Positions 1-10,430 of a stretch of DNA of 64,000 nt are shown here, piece by piece. This stretch comes from Paramoeba atlantica. Its lineage: Eukaryota > Protista > Discosea. Positions within the stretch are counted from its first letter, which is position 1. Every line of letters starts with the position of its first letter. A model generated the notes under the pieces. The model ran no database searches and was not told where the DNA came from. It worked only from the letters and a program-made list of their open reading frames with translations. The stretch lies in NCBI GenBank assembly GCA_977017575.1, contig CDRNVI010000036.1, forward strand, positions 1 to 64,000, given 5' to 3'. The position numbers and the translations under genes were made by a program.

Positions 1-700
1 GAGAGAGAAGACATTGTTCCTCAGGTTGGAAACAGTTTTTGTTGATTCACTATTTAATATTTATTATTTATTATTTATTTCTTTATTTCTTTATTTCTGA
101 TTTTTTTTTTCTTCTTCTTATTTTTTGTTGAATTTTTGATTTCTTTTCGAAAAAAATCAGATTTAAAATTGATATTTCTTTTTTAGAGCGTTGAATCCAA
201 AAAAGAAGAAGAAGGAGATTGGATCACAGAAGAAGATCTTTACCATATGTTTTGTTGTCACAGAAAAATATTTGAGTCTTCACTCTCCCCTTCTCTTCTC
301 CCTTTTGAATCTCTTTCTCCAGTTTGTTTCTTTCTCATTTTCCCTCTCTTTTCTTTTTTCTAACTTCTCTCTCTTCCCAAAGATACGAGAAGCCGAAAAA
401 GCACAAGAGATTGGACACAAAGTCTCTTCTGAACTCTTCCGTGACACCCCCACATTTTCCTTATTTGGAGGTCATATGGACTCCATTTCTATGTCATCTC
501 ATATTATTATGGCTTCTCAGATGTGTTCTAATATCTCTTCCTCTTCCTCTTCTTCTTTCTCTTCTTCTCCTTCTCCTGCTTCTACTTTCTCTTCTCCTTT
601 TGCTTCTCTTTTTGACGAGGGTATTCGTCACAAAGGGGCCTTAATTGGAGCAAGGAAATGCTATGATATTTATCGAGATCCAAATCAAAAAGAAGCTCAG
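1..700 (+). CDS. Fragment of a spliced eukaryotic gene (exons 1-24, 187-321, 383-700), possibly midasin-like; probably host amoeba DNA
   Basis: GT..AG introns at 25-186 and 322-382 (the second has a CTAAC branch point and pyrimidine tract) and a CAG|GTAAG donor at 700/701. Exons join in phase 0 without stops (EREDIVPQ|SVESKKEEEGDW...SLSP|IREAEKAQ...YDIYRDPNQKEAQ). YDIYRDPN resembles a midasin linker motif; this is weak. Confidence 0.65.
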
Positions 701-1405
701 GTAAGCCCAAGAAATCCACCCTATGAAACACCCCATCATAATTGCCAAAGACAGGGTTGAAAATGCATAGGCCCATAGTTTCATGGAAGCTGGCACAAAT
801 GGCTTATAGTTGGACAACCACGTTATTATTCTACGGGCTGGAACCTGTGTTTTTATCAAATTGGCGGTAGCACCATATTCTTGTCGCCATTCTGGCTTGG
901 CAGCCAATTCTTGAATGGCATCTTGTTTTTGTTCAATCCTATCAATGTCATTGGACTGGAGCAATTCCGCCAATTTTTTGGAGCCACTTTCCAAAGCGGT
1001 TCTATTCAAGTATTGGTAAAACGATCCGCTGCCGAACAAATCGATATCTACTCCATACCAATGGTTGGGGTCCTGGAACTCCTTTCCTTCCGGTAAATCG
1101 GAGAATTCCCTCCGGAGTACTCGAAGCTCTTTTTGATTTCTTGCCAGGAGCTCCCTTTTAAGGTGTTGCTGATATTTTATCCGATCATGTCGAATTACCA
1201 AAAAAACAAAAGCTCCCACACCAACAAGGAATATGGAAACAACTAGCTCTATTGTTCCCCACGCGAAATAAATTCCCAAAAAGGCAGCTATGGCCACCAA
1301 TAGCCTAATGGCACTGGAAAAATCTAGCTTTTTCCTAATGGCCCCTAATTCATCTGCAAACTTTGGTAATCGAGCTTCGTAAAACGCTTTGGGATCAGTA
1401 CTCAT
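701..1405 (-). CDS. MutS-related membrane-anchored protein, N-terminal part only (ATPase domain lost at the junction)
   Basis: N-terminal TM pair and DIDLFGSGSFYQYLNRT...GSKKLA motif typical of Bacteroidota MutS-related proteins; the last ~18 codons of the ORF are antisense to the eukaryotic exon. Confidence 0.75.
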
Positions 1406-1483
1406 AAATCGTCCATATATTTCCTAGAACTCTTCTTCTAACCAAGAAGCGCAAATTTAGACGAATTCCTGCCCGTAGGTAAC

Positions 1484-4400
1484 TTATTCCTGCACAAATA
1501 AATAATTCAGGTTTAAACTGTTGAATTCTCGATTGAACTGTTCCATCTCCTTGTCCACCAAAGCATCAAAGGCATCCAGTTGGGTGTTGATTTTGGCGGT
1601 AAGCTCATTCTTTACAGCAACATCCTGTTCCGTGGGCGGAAAATCATCAATGGAAACCAAGCTGTTCAAGTGACCTAATTTGTTGGTCAAGCGAATCGGG
1701 AAATTCAAAGGATCCTGATTGCTTCGGTTTTTGGTTTGGTAAAGGGCTTTTTCAATGGCTCCAAAATCTTCCTTCATTTTTTTGGCCTTTTCCACCAACT
1801 CTTTGGTCCGTTCGTCATCCTTGTATTGGTTGCTAAAAGCATCCAATCGCTCAGTTATTTTCCTGATTTTTTTAATGGACTGATGTGCCCTGTCCACGGT
1901 GGTATTGATATCCGTTATGAAATCATATTGCCTTTGCATATCTGCAACAGAAACCTCCGCCCTTGGATCAGGCAGGATTTTGAATTCTTGGGATTGGGTA
2001 GTACCATTGGCGGTTAAATGCACCTGGTAATTCCCCGGAACCGCTTTTGCTCCTTCCAAATTGGCCCACCAAAGAATCATTCCTTTCAATTTTTCAGCTC
2101 CTTTTCCTCGGGTATCCCAAACATGGGTGTTGCCTCCCTTTTTTACTTTCAACTTCTTTTTGTCATCTTTTGAAAAAGAGCTGTAACTAGCAAGGGTATC
2201 ACCGTTCATACTGGAATAGGTTAAACTGATGCTGTCCTTTTCGGATACATTTTTTAGATAAAAATGGGTGACAACTCCGTTAGGGTGATTTTGGCCTTCG
2301 GTCTTTGAAGGCTTTTTGGCGGCCCTTCCCTTCGTACGATAGCTATCTTTGGGTTGGTATACAATGGAATTGACCGTTTTTCTTGGAATTATCCAATTGA
2401 TGCAAGACCGTTAAATCATCTATGACCCATACGCTTCTGCCTTGGGTTGCTACCACCAAATTGTTATCCTTTATAGTCAAATCGGTAATGGGAACTATGG
2501 GTAAATTCAATTGGAAACTCTCCCAGTTTTGCCCATCGTTGAAGGAAACATACATTCCAGTTTCTGTCCCTGCATATAACAATCCCTTTCTTTTAGGGTC
2601 TTCCCGAAGCGCGCGGGTAAAATGCTCATTGTTTATACCATTCGTTATTTTTGTCCAGGTTTTTCCATAGTCCGTGGTCTTGTATAAGTAAGGTTGAAAA
2701 TCACCTAACTTATATCTTGTAGCAGCTACATAACAAGTTCCCTCATCAAATGCCGAAGGTTCAATACTATTGATCATACTCCATTCCGGCATAGTAGGAG
2801 GAGTAACATTTTCCCAAGTAGCACCTCCATCCTGTGTAATATGCACCAGTCCATCATCACTTCCCACCCAAAGTAGACCCTCTTTTAAAGGACTTTCATT
2901 GCCGGCAAAAATGGTACAGTAATATTCTACTCCTGTATTATCTTGGGTAATTGGTCCACCGCTACTGACCAATTTATCTGGGTCATTACGGGTTAAATCT
3001 TCACTAAGCAATTCCCAACTTTGACCTTCATCAGTACTCATATGCACATGGTTGGAAAACGTATACAGTTTTTTGGGGTCGTGTTTGCTAAAGACAATAG
3101 GGAAATTCCATTGAAATCTATATTTCATGCCTTCAGCACCATATCCCATGGGGTTGTCTGGCCAGACATTGATACCACGAACGGTTCCCTTGTCATGGTT
3201 TACCCTCGTCAGAAAACCTCCGTAACTTCCGCCATAAACAATATCATTGTTGGTTGGGTCTACCGCAATATGGGCAGATTCACCCCCAGCTGTAGGCTCC
3301 CAATCGTCCTCTCCAATAGAGCCATCATCACTTCGATGATTGATTCGGATTGTGGAATTATCTTGTTGGGCTACGTAAATTCGATAGGGAAATGCATTGT
3401 CCGTGGTGACCCTATAAAATTGTGCAGTGGGCTGATTGTAATATGTACTCCACGTTGTTCCTCCATCATAACTTATCTGCGCTCCTCCATCATCCCCTAT
3501 AATCATTCTTTTTGAATTTTCTGGTGAAATCCAAAGGTCATGATGATCACCATGGGGAGCATTAAAGGTGTTAAAGGTCTTCCCTCCGTCAGTGGACTTA
3601 TGATATCTTACATTTAGTACATAGACAACATCTTCATCCTCCGTATCCGCATATACGCGAGTGTAATACCATGCGCGCTGACGTAATTTTCTTTCCTTGT
3701 TAACTTGCGTCCATTTTTTGCCACCATCATCGGATCGATACAATCCACCCTTTTCCTTGTTTTCCACAATGGCCCAAACACGATCACTGTTTTTTGGGGA
3801 TACGGTAACCCCAATTATTCCTAAAGTATCTTTTGGAAAACCTTCATTCTTGGAAATCTCCGTCCAAGATTCCCCACTGTCCGTGCTTTTCCAAAGTGCA
3901 GAACCATCACCACCACTGCTTAGGCTGTAAGGTGTTCTCTTTGCTCTCCAGGTAGAAGCGTATAAAATTCTAGGGTTATTTGGGTCGAAGGTAAGATCAA
4001 CGGCTCCCGCTTGATCATTGACAAACAAAACCTGCTTCCAGGTATTACCGCCATCGGTGCTTTTGTAAACTCCCCTTTCTTTTGTGGGCTTATAAATATT
4101 GCCCAGAACTGCTGCATATACAGTATTATAGTCTGACGGATGAATTCGAATTCGGGGCACATGCCTGCTTTTTTCCAAGCCTGCTTTTTTCCAAGTTTTT
4201 CCCGCATCCTCAGTTTTCCAAATACCATACCCGCTGGAAACATTTCCCCGAAGTGTTTTTTCACCACCTCCAACATAGATTACATTGGGATCACTTTTGG
4301 CCACTTCCACCGCACCAATGCTTCCTCCAAAATAGCCGTCAGAAATATTTTCCCAAGAGCGTCCTCCGTCAGTGGTTTTCCAAACACCTCCACCAGTGGC

Positions 4401-4619
4401 TCCAAAATAAAAGAGATTGGGTTCGCCTGGAACTCCCGTTACAGCCGCGGAACGGCCACCCCTAAAGGGTCCTACCAAACGATACTCCAAACTAGAGTAC
4501 AATTCTTTGGGGTATTCTGGTGATGTTTGATTCGATTTTCTTCTTTGGGACTGAATTGTTGTTGCAAAAAGGCAAAAAACCAGCAAGAGCAAGCCGGCTT
4601 TGGAAAGCTGTAGTTTCAT
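1484..4619 (-). CDS. Secreted BNR/Asp-box (Vps10/sortilin-like) repeat protein, glycosyl-hydrolase-like, ~1045 aa, split by a +1 homopolymer frameshift
   Basis: Signal peptide and many Asp-boxes (KTTDGGRSW, KSTDGGNTW, RSDDGGKKW). Removing one T from the T5 run at 2367-2371 fuses ORF 2343-4619 to ORF 1484-2209 (..SKKTVNSIVYQPKDSYRTKG..). Confidence 0.85.
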
Positions 4620-4844
4620 TTTCTATACGATTGAATTAGTCGGTATTAAATGTAGGGAAAAAGTCGGTATTCTTTTGGTCATATTCTTCGGAATCCAAAT
4701 TTCGCTCGGCTTGGTCTATCATGATTATATAATCTAAGTCAAGAAACCTTTGTAACAATGTGGATAATTTTATACTAATGCATTGGAAGATGCAATCGTC
4801 CATTTTTCTTAGTTTTAGAAAACAATTTTTAAAAACACTATACC

Positions 4845-5978
4845 ATGGATATTTTTAGCAAAATCAAAGAGAAACTCACGCATGAGTTTATTGACATTAT
4901 TGAATGGCTGGATTTTACTGATGACACTATTGCCCATCGTTTTGAACGCTACCAAAATGAAATAAAGAACGGAGCCAAACTTATTGTTCGGGAAGGACAG
5001 ACCGCCGTTTTTGTGAACGAAGGACAGTTAGCCGATGTCTTTGAACCCGGAACCTACGACCTCACCACCAAGAACCTTCCCATTTTAGCAACCCTTAAGG
5101 GCTGGAAGTACGGTTTTAACTCTCCTTTTAAAGCGGAGGTTTACTTTGTGAACACCCATTTGTTCACAGACGAAAAATGGGGCACTAAGAGTCCCATTAC
5201 CCTAAGCGATGAGCGTTTTGGCTTAGTGGAAATTCGAGCTTTTGGCACCTATGCTTTTAAAATTTCCGACGCTGGGAAATTTATTGTGGATATTGTTGGA
5301 ACAGATAACAACTTTACCAATTTTGAAATCAATGAGCATCTAAAAAGTCTCATCGCCACTAGATTTACAGACACCGTTGGCGAGGCCAATCTACCCATAG
5401 AGCTATACGCCGCAAACACTTCGGAACTTTCGGAAACTTGCCAAGAGGTCATGGCGCCAGAATTCCAAACTGTAGGTATTTCACTGGAGAAATTTTACAT
5501 CGAAAATGTCTCCATGCCCGAAGATCTTAAAAAGGAAATCTTTGAGTACAGCCGTATTGACAAATTGGATTTGGACAAACTTACCAAGTTCAAAACAGCC
5601 AAAGCCATTGAAGCGGCCGCCAAAAACGAAGGCGGAACCGCTGGAGCTGGAATGGGAATGGGAATGGGCTTTGTTTTAGCGCAACAAATGGGCGGCTTGA
5701 TGAGTCCGCAAATGGGAGGTAATGCCCAAATACCGCAGGCTGGAGCACCAATGCCACCACCAATGCCAGCAGCAGTTCAGTATTTTTATGCGGTAAATGG
5801 AACCCAACAAGGGCCTGTTTCCTTTGAACAGTTGCAAGCTCTTTTTGCAGGTCGAACCATCAATCGAGACAGCCTTGTTTGGAAGCAAGGAATGGCCAAT
5901 TGGTCCGCTTTGAAAGATGTTGAAGAATTAAAGTCGTTCTTAGGTGGAAATACGCCGCCACCATTGCCAAATAATTAA
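4845..5978 (+). CDS. SPFH-domain protein (YdjI-like) with C-terminal GYF_2/DUF4339 domain
   Basis: GAKLIVREGQTAVFVNEG, KWGTKSPI, IRAFGTYAFKI; GMGMGMG linker; C-terminal QQGPVS...LVWKQGMANW. Confidence 0.85.
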   Translation: MDIFSKIKEKLTHEFIDIIEWLDFTDDTIAHRFERYQNEIKNGAKLIVREGQTAVFVNEGQLADVFEPGTYDLTTKNLPILATLKGWKYGFNSPFKAEVYFVNTHLFTDEKWGTKSPITLSDERFGLVEIRAFGTYAFKISDAGKFIVDIVGTDNNFTNFEINEHLKSLIATRFTDTVGEANLPIELYAANTSELSETCQEVMAPEFQTVGISLEKFYIENVSMPEDLKKEIFEYSRIDKLDLDKLTKFKTAKAIEAAAKNEGGTAGAGMGMGMGFVLAQQMGGLMSPQMGGNAQIPQAGAPMPPPMPAAVQYFYAVNGTQQGPVSFEQLQALFAGRTINRDSLVWKQGMANWSALKDVEELKSFLGGNTPPPLPNN

Positions 5979-5981
5979 TCT

Positions 5982-7076
5982 TTGGGACCATCAATCCAAA
6001 AAACAGAGCTCAAAAAACCTTGCATAAACTGCGGTGCGGAGCTCAAGTATAAACCTGGGACCACCAGCATAAGCTGTGAGTACTGTGGGCATCAAGAATC
6101 CATTCAAATTGACGAAAACGGGTTTGAGGAGCTTGAGCTTTACCCCTATTTGAAGGAAATGGGTGCCCAAAAGCACAGTGAAGAAATTTCCATGCTGCAC
6201 TGTAAAAATTGTGGTGCCAACCAGCATGTGGAAGAAAACTACAAGTCGCTTCATTGTGTGTTTTGTAGTATGCCCTTAATTCTTGAGGATGCCTATAAAG
6301 AAGAATGGATTTTACCCGGTGCTGTCTTGCCTTTTCAAATCGAAAAAGGAAAGTCTTTTCTCATTTTTAAAAAATGGGTAGACCGATTATGGTGGGCTCC
6401 CAATAAACTAAAAAAGGCGGCTTTGGACCCACAATTTACCAAGGGGTTGTATCTGCCTTACTGGACGTTTGACGCGCAACTATCGGCACGCTATTCAGGT
6501 CAACGCGGGGAATATTATTATGAAACCAGAAGGGTACGGGATGCCAATGGAAAGATGGTTACTCAACAAGTTCGGAAAACGAGGTGGTATCCAGCCTCCG
6601 GAAATGTGTCCGGTTTTGTGGATGACACGCTAATTGAAGCCTCAAAACAACGGTCTGGAAGAATCCCGCGTAAAATAGCTCGATGGAACTTAAAAAAATT
6701 GAAGCCCTTCAACAGTAGTTTTCTTTCTGGTTTTGTTACTGAAAAATATACGATTCCCTTAAAGGAAGGTCATCTGCATTCCAAGGAAAAGGCAAGGGAC
6801 ATTGCTCATCGCTGGTGCAGACAAGACATTGGCGGGGATACCCAAAGGGTAACCAGCATGGATATGCAACTGTCGGAAGAAACCTTTAAACACATTTTGC
6901 TTCCCGTGTATGTGAGCGCTTACCGTTATAAAGGGAAGGAGTACCACTTCTTTATCAATGGAGAAAACGGACAGATCTCCGGGTCCAGACCCTATAGCTT
7001 TTGGAAAATATTTTTTGCAGTAATCTTCGGACTTGCTATCGTAGGCATACTGGTTTTCCTAGGAAAAGGAAGCTGA
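5982..7076 (+). CDS. Zn-ribbon membrane protein (YdjG-like)
   Basis: Two double-CxxC ribbons (CINC..CEYC; CKNC..CVFC), YLPYWTF, LLPVYVSAYRY..YHFFINGENGQISG, C-terminal TM; TTG start. Confidence 0.75.
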   Translation: MGPSIQKTELKKPCINCGAELKYKPGTTSISCEYCGHQESIQIDENGFEELELYPYLKEMGAQKHSEEISMLHCKNCGANQHVEENYKSLHCVFCSMPLILEDAYKEEWILPGAVLPFQIEKGKSFLIFKKWVDRLWWAPNKLKKAALDPQFTKGLYLPYWTFDAQLSARYSGQRGEYYYETRRVRDANGKMVTQQVRKTRWYPASGNVSGFVDDTLIEASKQRSGRIPRKIARWNLKKLKPFNSSFLSGFVTEKYTIPLKEGHLHSKEKARDIAHRWCRQDIGGDTQRVTSMDMQLSEETFKHILLPVYVSAYRYKGKEYHFFINGENGQISGSRPYSFWKIFFAVIFGLAIVGILVFLGKGS

Positions 7077-7140
7077 AAAAAGCTGTTTAAAGACCGTTAA
7101 AGTCTTCCCAGTCCATCTGTTTTTCCATTACATTTATCAT

Positions 7141-7884
7141 ATGTCTAGACGGATTTCGCATATCAGCATTTTTGTTTTGCTAAATATGGGCCTGGGTCGC
7201 ATGTTCCAAGAAAGCCTAGGGGTCAGCTGCTTTTCCGAACTCTCCATTTTGGCCATTTCCAGCTTCCTTTTCTGGAACCTTTCGGCAAAGCAAATCAAAC
7301 AATGGGGAGGAAAATGGGCAATCAACGCGTCGCCCAAAAATCTAATGATTCAAGGAGGTCTGGGATTGTCCGCTTCTGTGATGAACATTTTTATTGGTCA
7401 AGTCTTAGTAGTGTTTTTGATGACCACAATTTACAATTGTACTTCTCCTAGCTTTAATGTGCTCAATGCGAGTTTAACCAATAATGTGGCTGTGAACCTG
7501 CTTTGTTATTTCGCACTCCTCTTTTATTTTCTTCAAAAAGAAAGAATTAAGGTTCAAAAGCAAAGCTATATGCGAATTTCTGTTTCTAAAAAAGGGTTTC
7601 AATTTCAGCTGCATCCAACGGAAATCATTTATGTGGAAACCAGCAACAATTGTGTGGTGCTGCACACAGAGAAAGGAAAATTTGTAAAGTACCAAAGTCT
7701 AAAATCGCTTTCCGAAATACTGTGTCCCGAAACTTTTAAGCGGGTTCATAGATCCTATTTGGTCAATTCTAAATTCGTGGATCATATTCAAAAAAACCAT
7801 AGCGGAGATGGTAAGCTTCATTTGAGAACCGGCGACTCCATTAAATTTAGTAGAACATATTTGGGAGCTATTGCGCACATTTAA
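7141..7884 (+). CDS. Membrane-bound LytTR-family regulator
   Basis: N-terminal TM helices and C-terminal LytTR domain (EIIYVETSNNCVVLHT, FKRVHRSYLVN, FSRTY). Confidence 0.85.
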   Translation: MSRRISHISIFVLLNMGLGRMFQESLGVSCFSELSILAISSFLFWNLSAKQIKQWGGKWAINASPKNLMIQGGLGLSASVMNIFIGQVLVVFLMTTIYNCTSPSFNVLNASLTNNVAVNLLCYFALLFYFLQKERIKVQKQSYMRISVSKKGFQFQLHPTEIIYVETSNNCVVLHTEKGKFVKYQSLKSLSEILCPETFKRVHRSYLVNSKFVDHIQKNHSGDGKLHLRTGDSIKFSRTYLGAIAHI

Positions 7885-7988
7885 TCCAGCAACTAACCCC
7901 TTTTTTTCCGCAGCTTGCCCCTACCAATCTGGTTCCGTATTAACTAACTTCTATTTTAGAGGTTTTTATTTGTTTAAACTTTTAAATC

Positions 7989-8296
7989 ATGAAAAAACCA
8001 ATTAGTATTATTTCTCTGTTTTGCATTTTCTCTTCTTGCCAACAAACCCAGGTAGAGCCCAGCCCAACAAGTTTTGTGACTGCGGAAGATGTAGGTATCC
8101 TAACAAATCTCAAAGAAGTACAATGGCCAAAAGCGTATCGGGAACAAGACACCTTATTGCTGGACAAAATTCTAGGGGGAGGACTTTCAAATGATTGATG
8201 CTGGTGGAACTTGGTCGGATAAAGCTGGCGAGCTGGAGTGGATTAAGGAAAATGCCATGCAGCACGATTCATTCCATTACGAAATAAAAAGATTAG
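7989..8296 (+). CDS. Lipoprotein with NTF2-like/DUF4440 domain; frameshifted at a G5 run and truncated at the junction
   Basis: Lipobox-like FSSC. Removing one G at 8175-8179 gives ..LDKILGEDFQMIDAGGTWSDKAGELEWIKENAMQHDSFHYEIKRL, after which the sequence becomes unrelated. Confidence 0.7.
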
Positions 8297-8689
8297 CGGG
8301 GAGGGAGGAAGCTGCAGTCCGGCCCTTCAGCTGCTCGTTCAAAGCGAGCTGACCGTAGCGGTCCTGAGGGTCTTCATCGCTTTTCACTGCTTTTGCACAC
8401 GTTCGACAGTAACGCCCGCCGCAGCCCAATAATGTTTGCGAAGCTCTTCGAGAGAAAGAACCTAATAAGAATATAACGCATAGTAAGAATCACTCATTGC
8501 GGGGGTTGCTTACAACCTCTGCCTCGCCTTTCTTTATGGTGTCCGAGGCAGGGTGGATCCAGCAGGGTGAGAAAAGGGGGTCCAACCCTCCCCTCTATCC
8601 TCGATTTGGGCAAAAGTCACGGTGCCCAAAAACGCGGGACTCGAGTTCTTGGTAGCTGTCCAAAAATTCAAAAAACGACCCCATTTTTT

Positions 8690-9590
8690 TAAAAAAGCCC
8701 ACCCATGGGCACCCCATTTTTTTGATTTTTTTTCAGTTTTGGACCACCGGGTTTTCTTGTTTTTTTGGACCACCGGTTTTCTTTTTTAGGCTCTTCGTTA
8801 AACGCGGTGGTTGTTTTCAACTTAGAAGTCACTCATGCTGCGCGCTTCGCGTTGAAAACTACCTCCGCGTTTAACGAAGAGCCTAAAAAGAAAAATCGCG
8901 AAAAGATCATAAATAATCTATTTTTTTGGGCAGAAAACCTCGATTTTTCGGCAAAAAATGCGAAATTTTAACCCGAATTTAGGCCGTTTTTGATGCCTTA
9001 CCAGAAGGGGTAGGAGGCGAATCTGACAAAAAAAACGTCGCAGAATGGTAGCTGGGGTCCCAAACTCTCCAAATACGGTTTAGGAGTCGATTTTGGAAAA
9101 ATAATATTTTTACTTTTTTTCGGGTCAAATACTTTTTTGGTCATCCCAAAAATTTCCGAATTTTTGACCTTATCGGACCCCTCCCGCGCGTACCAGGGGG
9201 GGTTACCCCCTGGTGGGGGGGTGGAAAGTCATCGCCGCGTCCTACTCTACCACTTCCCTACGCTCGATTTCGAAAATCAACAGGGGTAGAAGGCGAATCT
9301 GTTGAAAAAAACTTCGTACAACGGTGGCTGAGTTCCCAAACTCTCAGAATGCGTTTTAGGAGTCCATTTTGGAAAAATGATATTTTCACTTTTTTTGGTC
9401 AAAAATTTGTTTTTGGGTCATCCCAAAATTTTTAATAATTTCGGACCACTCCTGCGCGTGCCAGGGGGGGTCACCCCCAAATGTGGGGGGTGGAAAATCA
9501 TCGCCGCAGCATACTCTTTGAAAAGAAAAAAAATCAAAAAAAAGTTTCGCGACGTATGCCCCCCCTGCCCCCCCAGACCCCATTTTTTAA
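8690..9590 (+). repeat. Dispersed hairpin-headed repeat, copy 1 (internal partial duplication ~9003-9290 / 9291-9520)
   Basis: Directly alignable by eye to 48852-49580 and to the reverse complement of 9600-10800. Confidence 0.9.
8783..8889. repeat. 107-nt hairpin: 25-bp perfect outer stem, inner stem with two T-T mismatches, 29-nt loop
   Basis: TTTTTAGGCTCTTCGTTAAACGCGG (8783-8807) pairs with 8865-8889; GGT and GTTTTCAAC pair with ACC and GTTGAAAAC; loop TTAGAAGTCACTCATGCTGCGCGCTTCGC at 8822-8850. Confidence 0.95.
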
Positions 9591-9716
9591 AAGAAAATAT
9601 AAACTGGAACACAGTAATAGAAGAAAAAAAGTTTATAATACAGAAGAAAAAATGTAGAAGAAAAAAATATAAAAGGGGCCCCGATGGCCCAAAACTGAAA
9701 AAAAAATTCAAAAAAA

Positions 9717-9835
9717 TGGGGGGTCCATGGGGGGGTCCAGGGTGGGTCCATGGGGGGGTCCAGGGTGGGTGCAGGGGGGGGTCCAGGGGGGGGTCCAGGG
9801 GGGGGGTCTAGGGGGGGGTCCAGGGAGGGGGCATG
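9717..9835 (+). repeat. G-rich minisatellite (G5-9TCCA[T])n with G-quadruplex potential
   Basis: About ten GGGGGTCCA-type units in tandem. Confidence 0.85.
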
Positions 9836-10005
9836 CGTCGCGATTTTTTTTCGAAATTTTTGCTTTTCAAAATCGAGCGCGGCGAAGTGGTAGAGTGTAT
9901 GCCGCGGCGATAATTTTCCACCCCCCCACCCCCCACCTGGGGATACCCCCCTGCTACGCGCAGGAGGGGTCCGACAAGTTAAAAATTTCCGAATTTTTTG
10001 GTGTA

Positions 10006-10430
10006 CCGTTACCCCCCCCTTACTTCGCCTCCCCCACATTTAGTCGCCTTCACCACATTTAGTCGCTGGACGTGTGGTGAAGTAAGGGGGGTGTCGGAAT
10101 TTTCTCAGACAACTTACCACCTCTTTACACAGCCGGAGGGGTGCACTGCAACCGACCGTTGCATCGGGGTAAGGCGAGGCAGAGTCACGCCCAGTGGTCT
10201 TCAAGGAGGGACACAGATGGCGCACAAACATCGATGAACAAAGGTTCTTGGTGCACACGTCGGTGAAGACGACGCCGTCATACCGGGATTTTAGACCACA
10301 GTCCGGTTTAACGTTCCGGGGGGAAATGATAACGGTTACAGGAATGCTACGTAGCTGCAGGAATGAAGTTCACCACAAAGTACGGGTCTTGGGCCAAAAA
10401 GTGGGGGCTAAGTAAGCGGGGGGGTAACGG
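10006..10430. mobile_element. MITE (~425 bp) with ~30-bp imperfect TIRs and a TA target-site duplication (Tc1/mariner/pogo-type)
   Basis: Left TA|CCGTTACCCCCCCCTTACTT; right end reverse-complements to TA|CCGTTACCCCCCCGCTTACTT. Removing it restores repeat sequence that is contiguous in copies 1 and 3. Confidence 0.8.

Larger units (their letters stand above)
701..8296. other. Bacterial (Bacteroidota, Flavobacteriaceae-like) segment, truncated at both ends
   Basis: Dense intronless genes from typical Bacteroidota families; the first and last genes are cut off; flanks are eukaryotic. Confidence 0.9.

Noticed and set aside
191-776. ORFs 191-760, 324-644 and 582-776 as complete genes
   Set aside because: They run through introns or the junction; the spliced model fits better.
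8297-8530. Origin or coding status of the 230 bp after the bacterial junction
   Set aside because: No convincing ORF or motif; cannot be assigned without a search.
8783-8889. CRISPR repeat or integron attC site
   Set aside because: No regularly spaced repeats with unique spacers, no cas or integrase gene, and the context is eukaryotic.
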